DNA of 57,625 bases, the filler included, from Jimgerdemannia flammicorona (lineage: Eukaryota), in assembly GCA_003990765.1 (NCBI GenBank). It is 2 parts of 2 records of this genome, joined end to end, with 100 filler letters (N's around TTAATTAATTAA, not from the genome) between each part and the next. Parts side by side here need not be neighbours in the genome. Positions count along the whole stretch, not along the records: positions 1 to 28,766 come from RBNJ01000542.1; 1 more part is not named here. One strand, written 5' to 3'. Under the pieces are notes generated by a model. That model made no database searches. It worked only from the letters and a program-made list of their open reading frames with translations, and was not told where the DNA came from. This document shows, one piece after another, positions 13,023 through 24,300 of the stretch (position 1 is the stretch's first letter; every line of letters begins with the position of its first letter). A program made the position numbers and the translations under genes.

Positions 13023-15052
13023 ATGGTGACCAATGAGCATCTGGAGGTGCATACTGGGCAGGGTGGCCCTGGAGCATTTAAATGGCAGCAAGTGGGGAGA
13101 GGCCCTGGTTTGGGGGGAAGTATGAGGGGCCTGCTGGCAGGGGGCCGCAGTGGAGGAGGGGGTGGAGCTGGAGGTCGAGGGTCTGACAGGGTGAGCTTTG
13201 CAGAGAAGGTAAAGGGGGGTCGGCAGGGAGCTGGACTGGAGAGCTGGCTGAGAGGGAGGACAGTACTGGTGGCGGCTTCCAGGCAACAACCTCTTGGGGG
13301 TACCTCTCTAGAGGGCCATAGGAGTGGAGCTGGGGGGGTAGCGGCTGGGGCGGGGACTGCTGATGGGGGTGTGACGGGTGATCTGGAAAAAAATATAGAT
13401 GGGACTGCTGATGGTGAGCCGAGTGGTGGGAAGGGCGCGAGGCCCGGGGACCTGGCAGATGGTGTAATGGGACTGGCAGTGTCTCCGTTACTCAAGAAGT
13501 CAATCTCGGCATTCGCAGTCATACTGTGCTTCCAGGGCTTAGCGGTGATGGCAAAAATGGTGTTGGGGCTTATCACTAAGCAGGTGGCAGAAGCGGCTTC
13601 GGTGAAGTTTCTAAAGGGACTGGAGGGGGTGGAGGTGGGATTTGAGGAGGTTGAACTGCTGGAGGAGGTGCTGAAGGTTGGGTTGGTGGTTGGGGAGGTG
13701 TGTGTTCCGATGGCAAGGTGTCTGAAATGGGATCCAAGGGTGGTCCAACTGCTGGTGAAAGGAGTACCCATGGTGATGGCAATGGAGATGAGGAAGAGAG
13801 TGGAGGATGTCATGGCGGAGTATGGAGAGGTGGTGGATATCGGATTCAGGGTCTGGGAAGGGACCATGCTCAGGACTGTGGATGTGGATGTGAGGATTTG
13901 GCTGGCTGGGAAAGAGGCTACTGGGAAGATGAGGGACTGGCCTTTGGTGTTGGTCTGGGGAGCTTTCCTATGCAAGGTGACATGGGTGAAAGGGAGTGAA
14001 GAAGAGGAGGAAGATTTGTTGGAAGCACTGGAAGAGCTGGATGGGGCTGTGGAACAGCGCGCTATGGCCTGGAAGACTTTTGAGGAGTCAATGCTCCTGG
14101 AGATGGTGGATGGAAAGAGGATTCAAGTGGACAAGATGCAGTGGGAAAGGGCTCAGGGGCGGAAGAGGCAGAAGGATCTGCTGACTAAGCTGGGGGGTGG
14201 ACCGCAGAAGGTTGCGAGCATGAAGATGGGTGCAGAAGGGGCCGGAGCGAGTGTCTGGGCTGGTGGGAGGAGTGGAAATGATGGGGCAACGTCAGGGAAG
14301 GCTAAGGAGGCGGGGATGAGTGATCTTTATGCTGGCGGCACCTTGGAGGTTTGGGATGTAGTCTGGGAGAATTCCCCCACCCCTTCCCCTCTTATCCAAC
14401 ATGGCCCGGCTTCCAGGAACAAGTCTGGGGAGGACGTGACGATGCTGGGGACCCAGCAGGTGAAATTTAGCATTCCAGAGGTATTGGATGGGGACCGAGT
14501 AGTGGCGGCTGGGGAGGAGGAACTGGTGGATGTCCCGGAGGTGTGGGATGAGGATGCGAGTGTGGGAGCTGACACTACGATGCTGGATGGAGGGAGGCTG
14601 GCGACCCCTGGTGGAAAGGAGGTGGGGAACCTACTTTGGATGTGCCGGATGATGAATAACATGGCAGCAGAAGAGCTGGGGGAGTGGACTTGTGTGGGAT
14701 GGGTGATGAGCACTGGACAAGAATTTTGCAGGGGGAAGGAGTGGTGATGGCACTGAAGGCGGAAATTCTCATGGTGTATCTGGAGGAGGAAGGGTATGAG
14801 GTGGATAAGGAGAGGGAGGTGGAGTTGGTGGTGGTCGCTGGGGAGAAGGCTGAGTACTGTTGGAACAGGTGTCATGGGTTGCAGCTTTGGCAGGAGGCTT
14901 GTATCGAGTACCAAGAGGAGTTTGAGGAGAAGGCAGATGAGGAGATGAATGAGCTGTTGGCTGGACTGGAGGCTCAGAGGGCTGAAGAGGAGGAGGTGAT
15001 GGCTGAACATAATCTGGACATGGCACAGGAGGAGAGAGGCATGGAGCAGTAG
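13023..15052 (+). pseudogene. LINE ORF1 (best-preserved copy; one frameshift near 14686)
   Basis: ORFs 13023-14747 and 14684-15052 join into a ~675-aa protein that is homologous across all five copies. It has a Gly-rich N-terminus, an RRM-like region (LLVKGVP...AEYGEVVDIGF) and an acidic C-terminus. Confidence 0.85.
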
Positions 15053-15437
15053 AGATAGATTGAGAACAAACTGTATTTTACTATGAACAGTACAACCAAC
15101 ATTTTTTCTTTGAACGTGAATGGGCTGAGGGGCGTGGTTCGACGCAGGAACATTTTTATTTGGTTGAAGGGATTGGACGCTGATCTCTTCCTCTTGCAGG
15201 ATGTCAGGTGTGAGGATGACACTGATAGGATGGAATCGACTAAAGAATGGGGTGGTATGGCGACTTAGAACAGCAAGGTCAGGATTCTGGTTCAGAAAGG
15301 CAGAGGGGAGATAAAGGATGTGAGGAGCTGGGGGGAGAGACTGGTCTGGGGTGAGTGGATTCATGCAGGTTGGGAGCCAGTCACCGTTGGCTCCTGTTAC
15401 TGCCCTGCTGTGTGGGGGGAGCGTGTGGATTGGGTGA

Positions 15438-18400
15438 TCTCTTTCCAATACCATTCAGGTTATACAACCTTTGGAGGGCACTTTCAACATCGTTTTCAGC
15501 AAAAAGAGACTAACAACATGACAACCGACAGACAACCTGAGGTGCATACTGGGCAGGGTGGCCCAAGTGCTTTCGACTGGCAGCAGGTGGGGAGAGGTCC
15601 AGGTCTGGGGGGAGGTATGAGGGGCCTGCTGGCAGGTGGATGTGGAAGGGGTGGAGGAGGTGGTGGAGGATCAGGATCTGGGAGGGCAAGCTTTGTGGAG
15701 ATGGTGAAGGGGAGACAGCAGGTGTCAGGGCTAGAGGGCTGGCTGAGGAAGGGCAAGGAGACCGAGAAGGCGACAGTGCCAGGGGGTGCAGCCCTTGGAA
15801 GGGGGGGCGGTGGAGCTGTGGGAGTAGTGGCTAGGGGGGGTGTGACTGCTGATGGTGTTGGGACTGTCGATCTGGAAAAAAATCCAGATGTGATGGCTGA
15901 TGGCAAGGCTGAGCGGCTGAGGCTTAGAAGACAAGGGGACTTAGCAGATGGTGTAACAGGTCTGGTGGTGGCCCCGTTACTCAAGAAATCGATTTCGGCA
16001 TTTGTGGTCACACTGTGCTTCCGGGGCCTGGTGGTGACAGCAAAAATGGTGCTGGGGCTCATCGCTAAGCAGGTGGCGGGTGCAGCATCTGTGAAGTTTT
16101 TGAAGGGACTGGAAGGAGTGGAGGTGGGTTTTGAGGAGGTGGCACTGCTGGAGGAGGCGCTGAAGGTTGGATTGGTGGTTGGGGAGGTATGCATCCCAAT
16201 GGTGTGGTGCCTGAAGTGGGACCCCAGGGTGGTCCAACTGCTGGTGAAAGGAGTGCCGATGGTGACAGCGATGGAGACAAGGAAGAGAGTTGAGAATTTC
16301 ATGGCAGAATATGGCAAGGTGGTGGATATTGGGTTCAGGGTCTGGGAGGGGACCTCGCTCAGGACTGGTAATGTGGATGTGAGAATTTGGCTGGCTGGGA
16401 AAGAAGCCACTGGGAAGGCACAGGATTGGCCTTCGGCGATGGTCTGGGGAGCGATCCTGTGTAAGGTGACAAGGGTGAAGGGGAGTGAGGAGGAGGAGGA
16501 GGACTTACTGGAAGCACTAAAAGAGCTGGGGGGTGCTGTGGAGAGGCGAGCAAAGGCTTGGGAGGCTTTTGAAGAGGCAACACACTTGGAGGTGGTGGAT
16601 GGAAAATGGATTCGAGTGACCAAGGAGTAGTGGGAAAGGGCTCAGGGGCATAAGAGGCAGAAGGAGCTGCTGGCCAAGCTGGATAGCAGACCACTGGGGG
16701 AGGCAAGCAAGGTGAAGGGCACAGGGGGAGCTGAAGCAAGTGTCTGGGCTGGCGAGGGGGAGGGGAAGGACAAGAAGGAGGCGGGGGAGGACAAGAAGAA
16801 GGCTGGAAAGGACCCATATGCAGATGGTACACTGGAGGTGTGGGAGGAGGACTGGGTGGGCTCCTCTACCCCTACCTCTCTCATCAGGCATGGCCCGGCC
16901 TCCCGGAATAGGGTGGTGGAAGATGTACCAATGCAAGGGGCCCAGAGGGTGCAATTCGGAGTACCAGAGGTTGCATATGGGGGACAGGTAGTGGCGGCTG
17001 GCAAGGAGGAACTGGTGGATGTCCCGGAAGTATGGGATGAGTCTGCGAGTGCTAGAGCTGACACCACGATGTTGGATGGAGGGAGGCCAGCAACTCTGGG
17101 GGGGAAAGAGGTGGGGAACTTGCTTTGGATGTGCCGGATGATGAATAACCTAGTGGCGGAAGAGTTGGGGGAAGTGGACTTGCGAGTGATGAGTGATGAG
17201 CATTGGGCAGGAATACTGCAGGGGGGTGGCATAATGAAGGCATTGAAGGCGGAAATTCTTGCAGTATATCTGGAGGAGGAAGGGTATGAGGTGGATAAGG
17301 AGAGGGAGGAGGAGATGGCAGTCGTTGCTGGAGAAAAGGCTGAATACTGCTGGAACAAGCGACATGGACTACAGCTCTGGCAGGAAGTATGTATTGAATA
17401 CCAAGAGGAGTTTGAGGAGAAGGCCGATGGAGAGATGAATGAGCTGCTGGCTGGATTGGAGGCTCAGAGGGCCGAAGAGGAGGAGGTGGCTGTGGAACAT
17501 AATTTGGACAAGGCACAGGAGGAGATGAGCATAGAGCAGTAGGGGCTGATTGACAACATCATATATATCATCAATATGAACAGTACAACCAACATTTTCT
17601 CTTTGAACATGAATGGGTTACGGGGTGCTTCTCAACATAGGAACATTTTTACTTGGATGAAGGGATTGGAGGCCGATCTCTTCCTCTTGCAGGATGTCCA
17701 GTGTGAAGATGACTCTGATAGGTTAGAATGGACGAAGGAATGGGGAGGTGAAGCGATTTGGAAGGGCAAGGTTGGGATTTTGATTAGGAAAGGCAGAGGG
17801 GAGATACAGAATGTGTGGTGCTGGGGAGAGAGACTGATCTGGGGAGAGTGCATTCGGGCAGGCTGGGAGCCAGTTACGGTTGGCTCCTGCTACTGCCCTG
17901 CGGTACGGGGTAAGAGGGTAGATTGGGTAAAAGGCTTACAGGAGAGTGGATTACTTGCGGAGGCTGGGGTGGATGTGCTCAGGAGAGATTTCAATATGGT
18001 TCGAGATATACTGTTGGATAGAACAGATGGAGGATGAGGTGCTGAGAGCAGGAGTGGAGGGCTGGTGGCATGGGAGGAAGTAGAAAGGCTAAGTGCACTA
18101 TTGGATGCTGGGAGGGAGTGCTGGGGGAGTAGGAGGGTCTATACACATTGGGCAGGGGGTCTGGGGACTAGAATTGACTGGATTTTGACAGCCTGCTGCT
18201 GGGGACTAGATGTTTGGAAATCATTGGAGGTGGAATGGTGTCCATGGTCGGATCACTGGGGGCTCTTGGGACAGGGGTGCTTTGGGGGAAGTGGGGATGG
18301 GCCTGGACATTGGTGCCTCAATTCCTCTTTGTTAGATGATAAGACCCGGTGGGATGAGTGGGCTAAAGACATTCAACTGAGGGTGGAGAACTGGAGGCAG

Positions 18401-21307
18401 GAAGGGGCTGCAGTTGGGACTCGGTGGATGAGGATGAAGGAAATGGCCAGGATTTACTGGAAGGAGGCTGGCAAGGAGGCAGGGAAGCAGCAGAAACAAA
18501 GAGTGCGCTGGGCCTCTGCTAGATTGACGAGACTCCTGGAGGAGTGGGCAAGGCTGATGATGTTGGAGGGAGAAGAAGATTGGAGATTAATGAGGGCGAA
18601 ACTGGAGGTTGGGGAACTTCAACAGGTGCTGCGGGAGGAGGAAGAGGCAAGAGTACAGGGCTTGGCAGCACGTCTTTGCTGGCAGGATCTGGAGGAAGAA
18701 GAGAGGCCTTCCAAGCTTCTTACAAAGGCCCTTAGGGTGAGGCAGGTCCAGCAATGGTGGGAAGGGGTATTGGACTCTGATGGTGTACTGGTGCATGGTG
18801 TACAGGATGTTCTTGGATTGCTGAAGGAGAGATGGAGTAGATTGTGGAGTAAGGAGGAGGGTGGGGCAGATGCTGCTACTATTGCACAATCATTAGAGGA
18901 TTGGCACCCACCACAAGTCGAAGAGCTAGGGGACCTGGTGATGCCTGTACAGGAGGATGAGATCCACCATGTTCTTGCTGTGACAACATTCAGTATGGCA
19001 CCTGGGGAAGATGGTCTGCCCTGGGACTTTTTGGAAGCAAATGGTTGAAGTCCCAGGGGTGATGGGAGAGATGACAGTGTTGTGTGACCTTATTCTACAG
19101 ACTGGAAGGTGGGTGGGGGAGCAGGACCTTGGGCTGGTGACACTGCTCTACAAAAACAAAGGAAGGCAGGAGGATTGAAGAACTGGCGACTGATTATGCT
19201 GCTAGATATGGACAGAAAGTTGGTAACTAAGGTGGTGGTGGCGAGACTACAGAAGATGGCCCAGCAAGTCGTGGGTGTTGAGCAGAGGGGATTTGTGGGT
19301 GGTCGGCTCATCAGGGATGGCACTGCCTGGGTGTATGGTATTATCGAAGGGGCAAGGGCCTGTGGACTGGATGGGCATCTAGTTTTCTTAGACCAGGAGA
19401 AGGCATATGACTGGGTGCGAAGAGTCTGGCTGGAGAAAGTCTTGGATAGAATGGAGGTACCGCATCATTTCTGGTCAATAATGATCAGCCTACTGGAAGG
19501 GAGTAGGGCTGCACTCACATGTAATGGACATAGAGGGGTAGCATTCCCCTTGGGAAGGGGGGTGCCCCAGGGGGATCCATTGTCCCCCATTTTGTATGCT
19601 CTTTCCCTGGAACCGCTTATGGACCGAATTAGGTGGAGGATAGTGGGGCTCTCTGTCTTTGGCATAGGATGGAAGGTTGGGGCCTTTGCTGACGACATGG
19701 TGGTGGGTTTGGGTTCGATTGCTGATGTGGAGGAGCTCAAGAGGACTGTGGAGTAGTATGAGGAGTATTCTGGAGCTAGGCTGAATTGGCATAAGTGTGA
19801 GATGATGGTGCTCGATAATGGTCTGGTGGGAGGGGAAGTTATAGGAACAATTGTCCCCACTGGTGAAGCAGTGTGGTACTTAGGTGTCTACTTGTCAGTC
19901 TATGGGTCAGTTCTGCCCAAGCTTTGGTGGGAGCAGAGGATTGGAATCTGGGAGGAGGCTCTGTGGAGTTGGGGGGGAAGACATTTTTCTCTGGCAGGGC
20001 AGATCTCGATTTTGAATGTCTACTGGCTGCCAAAGTTGTGGTACCTGGTGTATCATCTGGACTTCCCAGCCTGGGTAGTGAAGAGATTGATGAAGTCGGT
20101 GAAGGGATGGATTTGGGCTGGCAGGCGGAGTCAAATTAATTGGGAGACCTTGTTCCTACCAGTGGCAAGAGACAGTCTTAGGCTGATTGACTTCCCAAAA
20201 TGGTTACACTGCTTGAGAGCATGGTGGCTGAAGAGGGTGGTGGAGTTGAGAGGACGTGGATGGGTTCCTCTGTTACAGAAGCTATGGGAGAGGCGGGTAT
20301 TGCCAAGGGGCTCAACTGGTGATCTCCTCTCCTTGGTTGGGCTTCAGAACACTGCCCAACTATAATATAAAGGATTTTGGTGGGGAATAGCTGAAGGAGT
20401 GCACCGCATTGGTATTGGTTGGCAGGGGAATGAAGGTGAGGAGGATTGGGACCCGGTGATGTGGAGATGGGACCGTATACTGCTGGGTGGTGCTCCTTTA
20501 GCTGAGTTCGACATTGGTGATGGAATGGAATACCAAAGGGGACCAGGCCAGGATCTGTGGCCTAGCGGTTGGCAAGGAGTTGGAATTGGCGAAGAGTGGA
20601 ACTGGCATGGTGTTTGGACCTGGAGTGTTGCAGTGAGAGCATGGCTGCCACCAAAGTACTGGGTGGTCTGGTGGTGCATGCTGCAGAGGAATGTTATGCT
20701 TAATTTTCGCTCAGGGCACCTTGTTGTAGGGGGTTGCTTCGACTGTGAGGAGTGCCATAATGTGGGGCATGAGGGGGGTTACGTACAGATGCCAGAACAT
20801 TGGCTAAGAGAGTGTGAGGTGTTGGGGGATTTTTGGCGGACAATTGGGGATCGCTTAGGGGTACGGGGTAGGAGTGATGAAGTACAGGGGCGATGGGAGG
20901 ACTTGAGGGATAGATTGGTAGGGGGGATAGGGAAGGAGTGGCTTACTTTAGGTTGGGCTTTGGCTATATAGGTGGGGCTGGCTAGTCATTGGCTTTTTGT
21001 TTTTGAGGATGGGAGGAGACAGAGCTTGGGGGACCGGCTGATGCGATGGCATAGGCTTTTGGAAGACACCTTAACAGGCTGGTGGCTGGGTTGGGGGATG
21101 CGGGGTGGTCGGAGGTGCCGCATGGTAGAGAAAATCTGTGGGCAAAGTGGGGGGAGAGTGGGGGTAGTTGGTGAAAGGGTGATCTTCATTCGTGAGGAAG
21201 TAGGAAGGGGCCCCCCTGTGGGGATTGGATAGTGGGTCGGAATGTTGTATATTTATTCATAGACTGGTAATAAAGGTGGAGTCCAAGAGACTATAAAAAA
21301 AAAAAAA
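15438..21307 (+). mobile_element. L1/Tx1-clade LINE, inner full-length copy (~5.87 kb)
   Basis: 20-bp TSD ggagc(g/a)tgtggattgggtga at 15418-15437 and 21308-21327. AATAAA at ~21269 and A13 tail at 21295-21307. ORF1 spans ~15519-17542 and ORF2 17576-21232. Confidence 0.97.
17576..21232 (+). pseudogene. LINE ORF2: APE endonuclease + reverse transcriptase + C-terminal Cys/His motif (disrupted)
   Basis: EN motifs: SLNMNGL, LLQD, DFN, RIDWIL, WSDH. RT motifs: PGEDGLP, KNWRLIMLLDMDRKL, QRGFVGGR, LDQEKAYD, GVPQGDPLSP, AFADD. C-terminal CFDCEEC...EHWLREC. Several stops and frameshifts. Confidence 0.95.
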
Positions 21308-24300
21308 GGAGCATGTGGATTGGGTGAAAGGGCTTCTGGAGAGTGGGATCCTTGCTGAAGCTGGGTTGGATATGCTTGGAGGAGATTTTAATATGGTTCG
21401 GGACATATGGCTGGATAGAACTGATGGAGGATGGGGTGCGGAGAGCAGGAGTGGGGGATTAGCGATGTGGGAGGAGGTTGAAAGGCTAGGAGCACTGGTG
21501 GATGTGGTAGGGAGCACTGGGGGGACAGGAGGGTATATACACATTGGGCTGGAGGTCTGGGGACAAGGATTGACTGGATTCTGATGGCCGACTGTTGGGG
21601 CTGCGATGTTTGGAAGGGGTTAGAGGTCGAATGGTGTCCGTGGTCAGATCACTGGGGCCTCTTGGGACAGGGGTGTTTTGGGGGAAGTAGAGATGGGCCT
21701 GGACATTGGCGCCTGAATTCTTCCTTGTTGGATGATGAGGCCCGGTGAGAGGAGTGGGCAAAAGACATTCAGCTGAAGGTGGCGAATTGGTGGCAGGAAG
21801 GGGCCACGATTGGGGTTCGGTGGATGAGGATAAAAGAGATGGCCAGGATATATTGGAGCGAAGCTGGCAGAGTGGCTGGGAAGCAGCGAAGGCAGAAAGT
21901 GTGTTGGGCTTCTACTAGATTGGCTAGGCTCCAGGAGGAGTGGGCAAGACTGGTAGCAGTAGAGGGAGAAGAGGATTGGAGAATAATGAGGGTGAGGATG
22001 GAGGTTGGAGAACTGCAACAGGTGCTGCGGGATGAGGAAGAGTCAAGGGTGCAAGGCCTGGTGGCACGGCTTCATTGGCAGGGGCTGGAGGAAGGGGAGA
22101 GGCCTTCCAAGTTTCTCACAAGGACACTTCATGTGAGAAGGGTACAGCAGTGGTGGGAAGGGGTACTTGACTCGGATGATTTACTAGTGCATGGTGTACA
22201 GGACATCCTTGGAACACTGAAGGCATGATGGAGTGGATTGTAGAGTGAGGAGGAGGGTGGGGTGGATGCTACAGCCATTGACCAAACATTAGAAGATTGG
22301 CACCCACCACAAGCTGAGGGACTAGGTGATCTGGTGATGCCTGTAAAAGAGGACGAGATCCATCAGGTTCTTGCCGCGACAGCCTCGGGTATGGCGCCTG
22401 GGGAGGATGGCCTCCCCTGGGACTTCTGGAAGCAAATGGTTGGAGTCCCGGGCATATTGGGGGAGTTGACAGCACTGTGTGACTCTATATTGCAGTCAGG
22501 GAGATGGGTGGGGGAGCAAGACCTTGGGCTGGTGACGCTGCTTTATAAGAACAAGGGAAGGCGAGAGGATTGGAAGAATTGGTAGCCGATAATGTTGCTA
22601 GATATGGACAGGAAGTTGGTGACTAAGGTGGTGGTCGCAAGGCTACAGAAGGTAGTCCAGCAAATTGTGGGTGTTGAGCAGAGGGGCTTCATAGGGGGTC
22701 GGCTTATTAGAGACGGCACAGCCTGGGTACATGGAGTTATTGAAGGTGCTCGAGCATGTGGACTAGATGGGCATCTTGTCTTCTTGGACCAATAAAGAAA
22801 TGGGGAGGTGAGGTGGTTTGAAAAGGCAAGGTTGGGATTCTGGTATGGAAAGGCAGAGGGGAGATAAGGGATATACAGAGCTGGGGGATAGTTTGGTCTG
22901 GGGTGAGTGGATTCATTTGGGTTGGGAGCCAGGTACAGTGGGCTCTTATTACTGCTCCACAGTGTAGGGCAAGTGGGTGGATTGGGTGAAGGGCCTTCAG
23001 GAGAGTGCGATCTTACAGAGACTGGGGTGGATATACTGGGTGGAGACTACAATATAGTCTGAGATATACTGTTGGACAGAACAGATAGAGGATGGGGAGC
23101 TGAGGGTCAGAGTGGTGGACTGGCAGTATGGGAGGAAGTGGAGAGGCTGAGTGCTCTGGTGGATGTGGATAGGGAGTACTGGGGGGATAGGAGGGTATAT
23201 ACACATTGGGCAGGGGGCTTGGGAACAAGGATTGATTGGATTCTGATGGCCAGCTGCTGGGGCTTAGATGTTTGGAAGACACTGGAGATGGAATGGTGTC
23301 TTTGGTCAGATCACTGGAGGTTTTTAGGATAGGGGCAATTTGGGTGGAGTGGGGATGGGCCTGGACATTAGTGCCTCAATTCCTCCTTATTAGATGATAA
23401 TATCTGGTGAGATGAGTGGGCTGCAGACATTTAACTGAGGGTAGAGGACTGGAGATGAGAAGGTGCCCAAGTTGGTGTTCAGTGGATATAGATGAAAGAG
23501 ATGGCCAGGACCTACTGATGTGAGGCTGGTAAGGAGGCTGGGAAACAGTAGAGGAGATGGATGAGGTGGGCTTCTAGTAGACTGTCTAGACTCTTAGAGG
23601 ATTGGGTGAGCCTGGTGACATTGGAGGAGGAGGAGAATTGGAGATCAATGAGGGCAAAAAAGGAGGTTGGTAAACTACAACAGATATTGCGGGAGGAGGA
23701 AGAGGCAAAGGTGTAAAGCTTGGCAGCATGGCTCCATTGGCAGAGTTTGGAAGAAGGAGAGAGATCCTCAAAGTATCTCATGAGAGCCCTTCAGGTGAGA
23801 AGGGTGCAGCAGAGATGGGAGGGGGTGCTTGACTCTGATGGTATACTGGTGCATAGTATACATAACATTCTTGGATCTTTAAAGGAGCATTGGAGTGGTT
23901 TGTGAAGTGAGGAGGAGGGAGGGGTGGATGCTGATATCATTGGCCAAACATTAGAGGATTGGCACCCCCTGCAAGTAGATATGGTGGGAGACTTAGTGCT
24001 GTCTATACAAGAAGAGGAGATCTACCAGGTTCTTGCCACCACATCACCAGGTACAGCAACCAGAGAGGATGGTTTGCCCTGAGACTTCTGGAAGAAGATG
24101 GTTGGGATCCCAGTGGTACTAGGTGAGATGATGGCACTGTATGACTTTATTCTACAGACAGAGAAATGGGTGGGAGAATAGGATCTGAGGTTGGTGAATT
24201 TGCTTTATAAGAACAAAGGAAGGAGAGAGGACTGGAAGAACTGGAGACCAATTATGCTGCTAGATATGGACAGAAAGTTGGTTACTAAGGTGGTGGTCGC

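Larger units (their letters stand above)
12941..22793 (+). mobile_element. L1/Tx1-clade LINE, middle copy (12941-15437 + 21308-22793), 3'-truncated within RT
   Basis: 5' end catctttctccggtaacattcaggttacac. Direct repeat aaagaaatgggg at 12929-12940 and 22794-22805. It ends at the RT motif LVFLDQ without a poly(A) tail. Confidence 0.9.

Noticed and set aside
12965..17358. Long antisense ORFs opposite LINE ORF1 (e.g. 12965-13975, 14327-15454, 15496-16623 minus)
   Set aside because: These are Ser/Pro/Thr-rich shadows of a G-rich coding strand that offers few stop codons on the opposite strand. Their boundaries are not consistent between copies and they carry no recognisable motifs.
19678..19698. 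Abundant TGA/TAG codons in LINE ORFs as an alternative genetic code, and AFADD as an unusual RT motif
   Set aside because: Stop positions differ between copies, which indicates transition decay. FADD is standard for L1-clade RTs.
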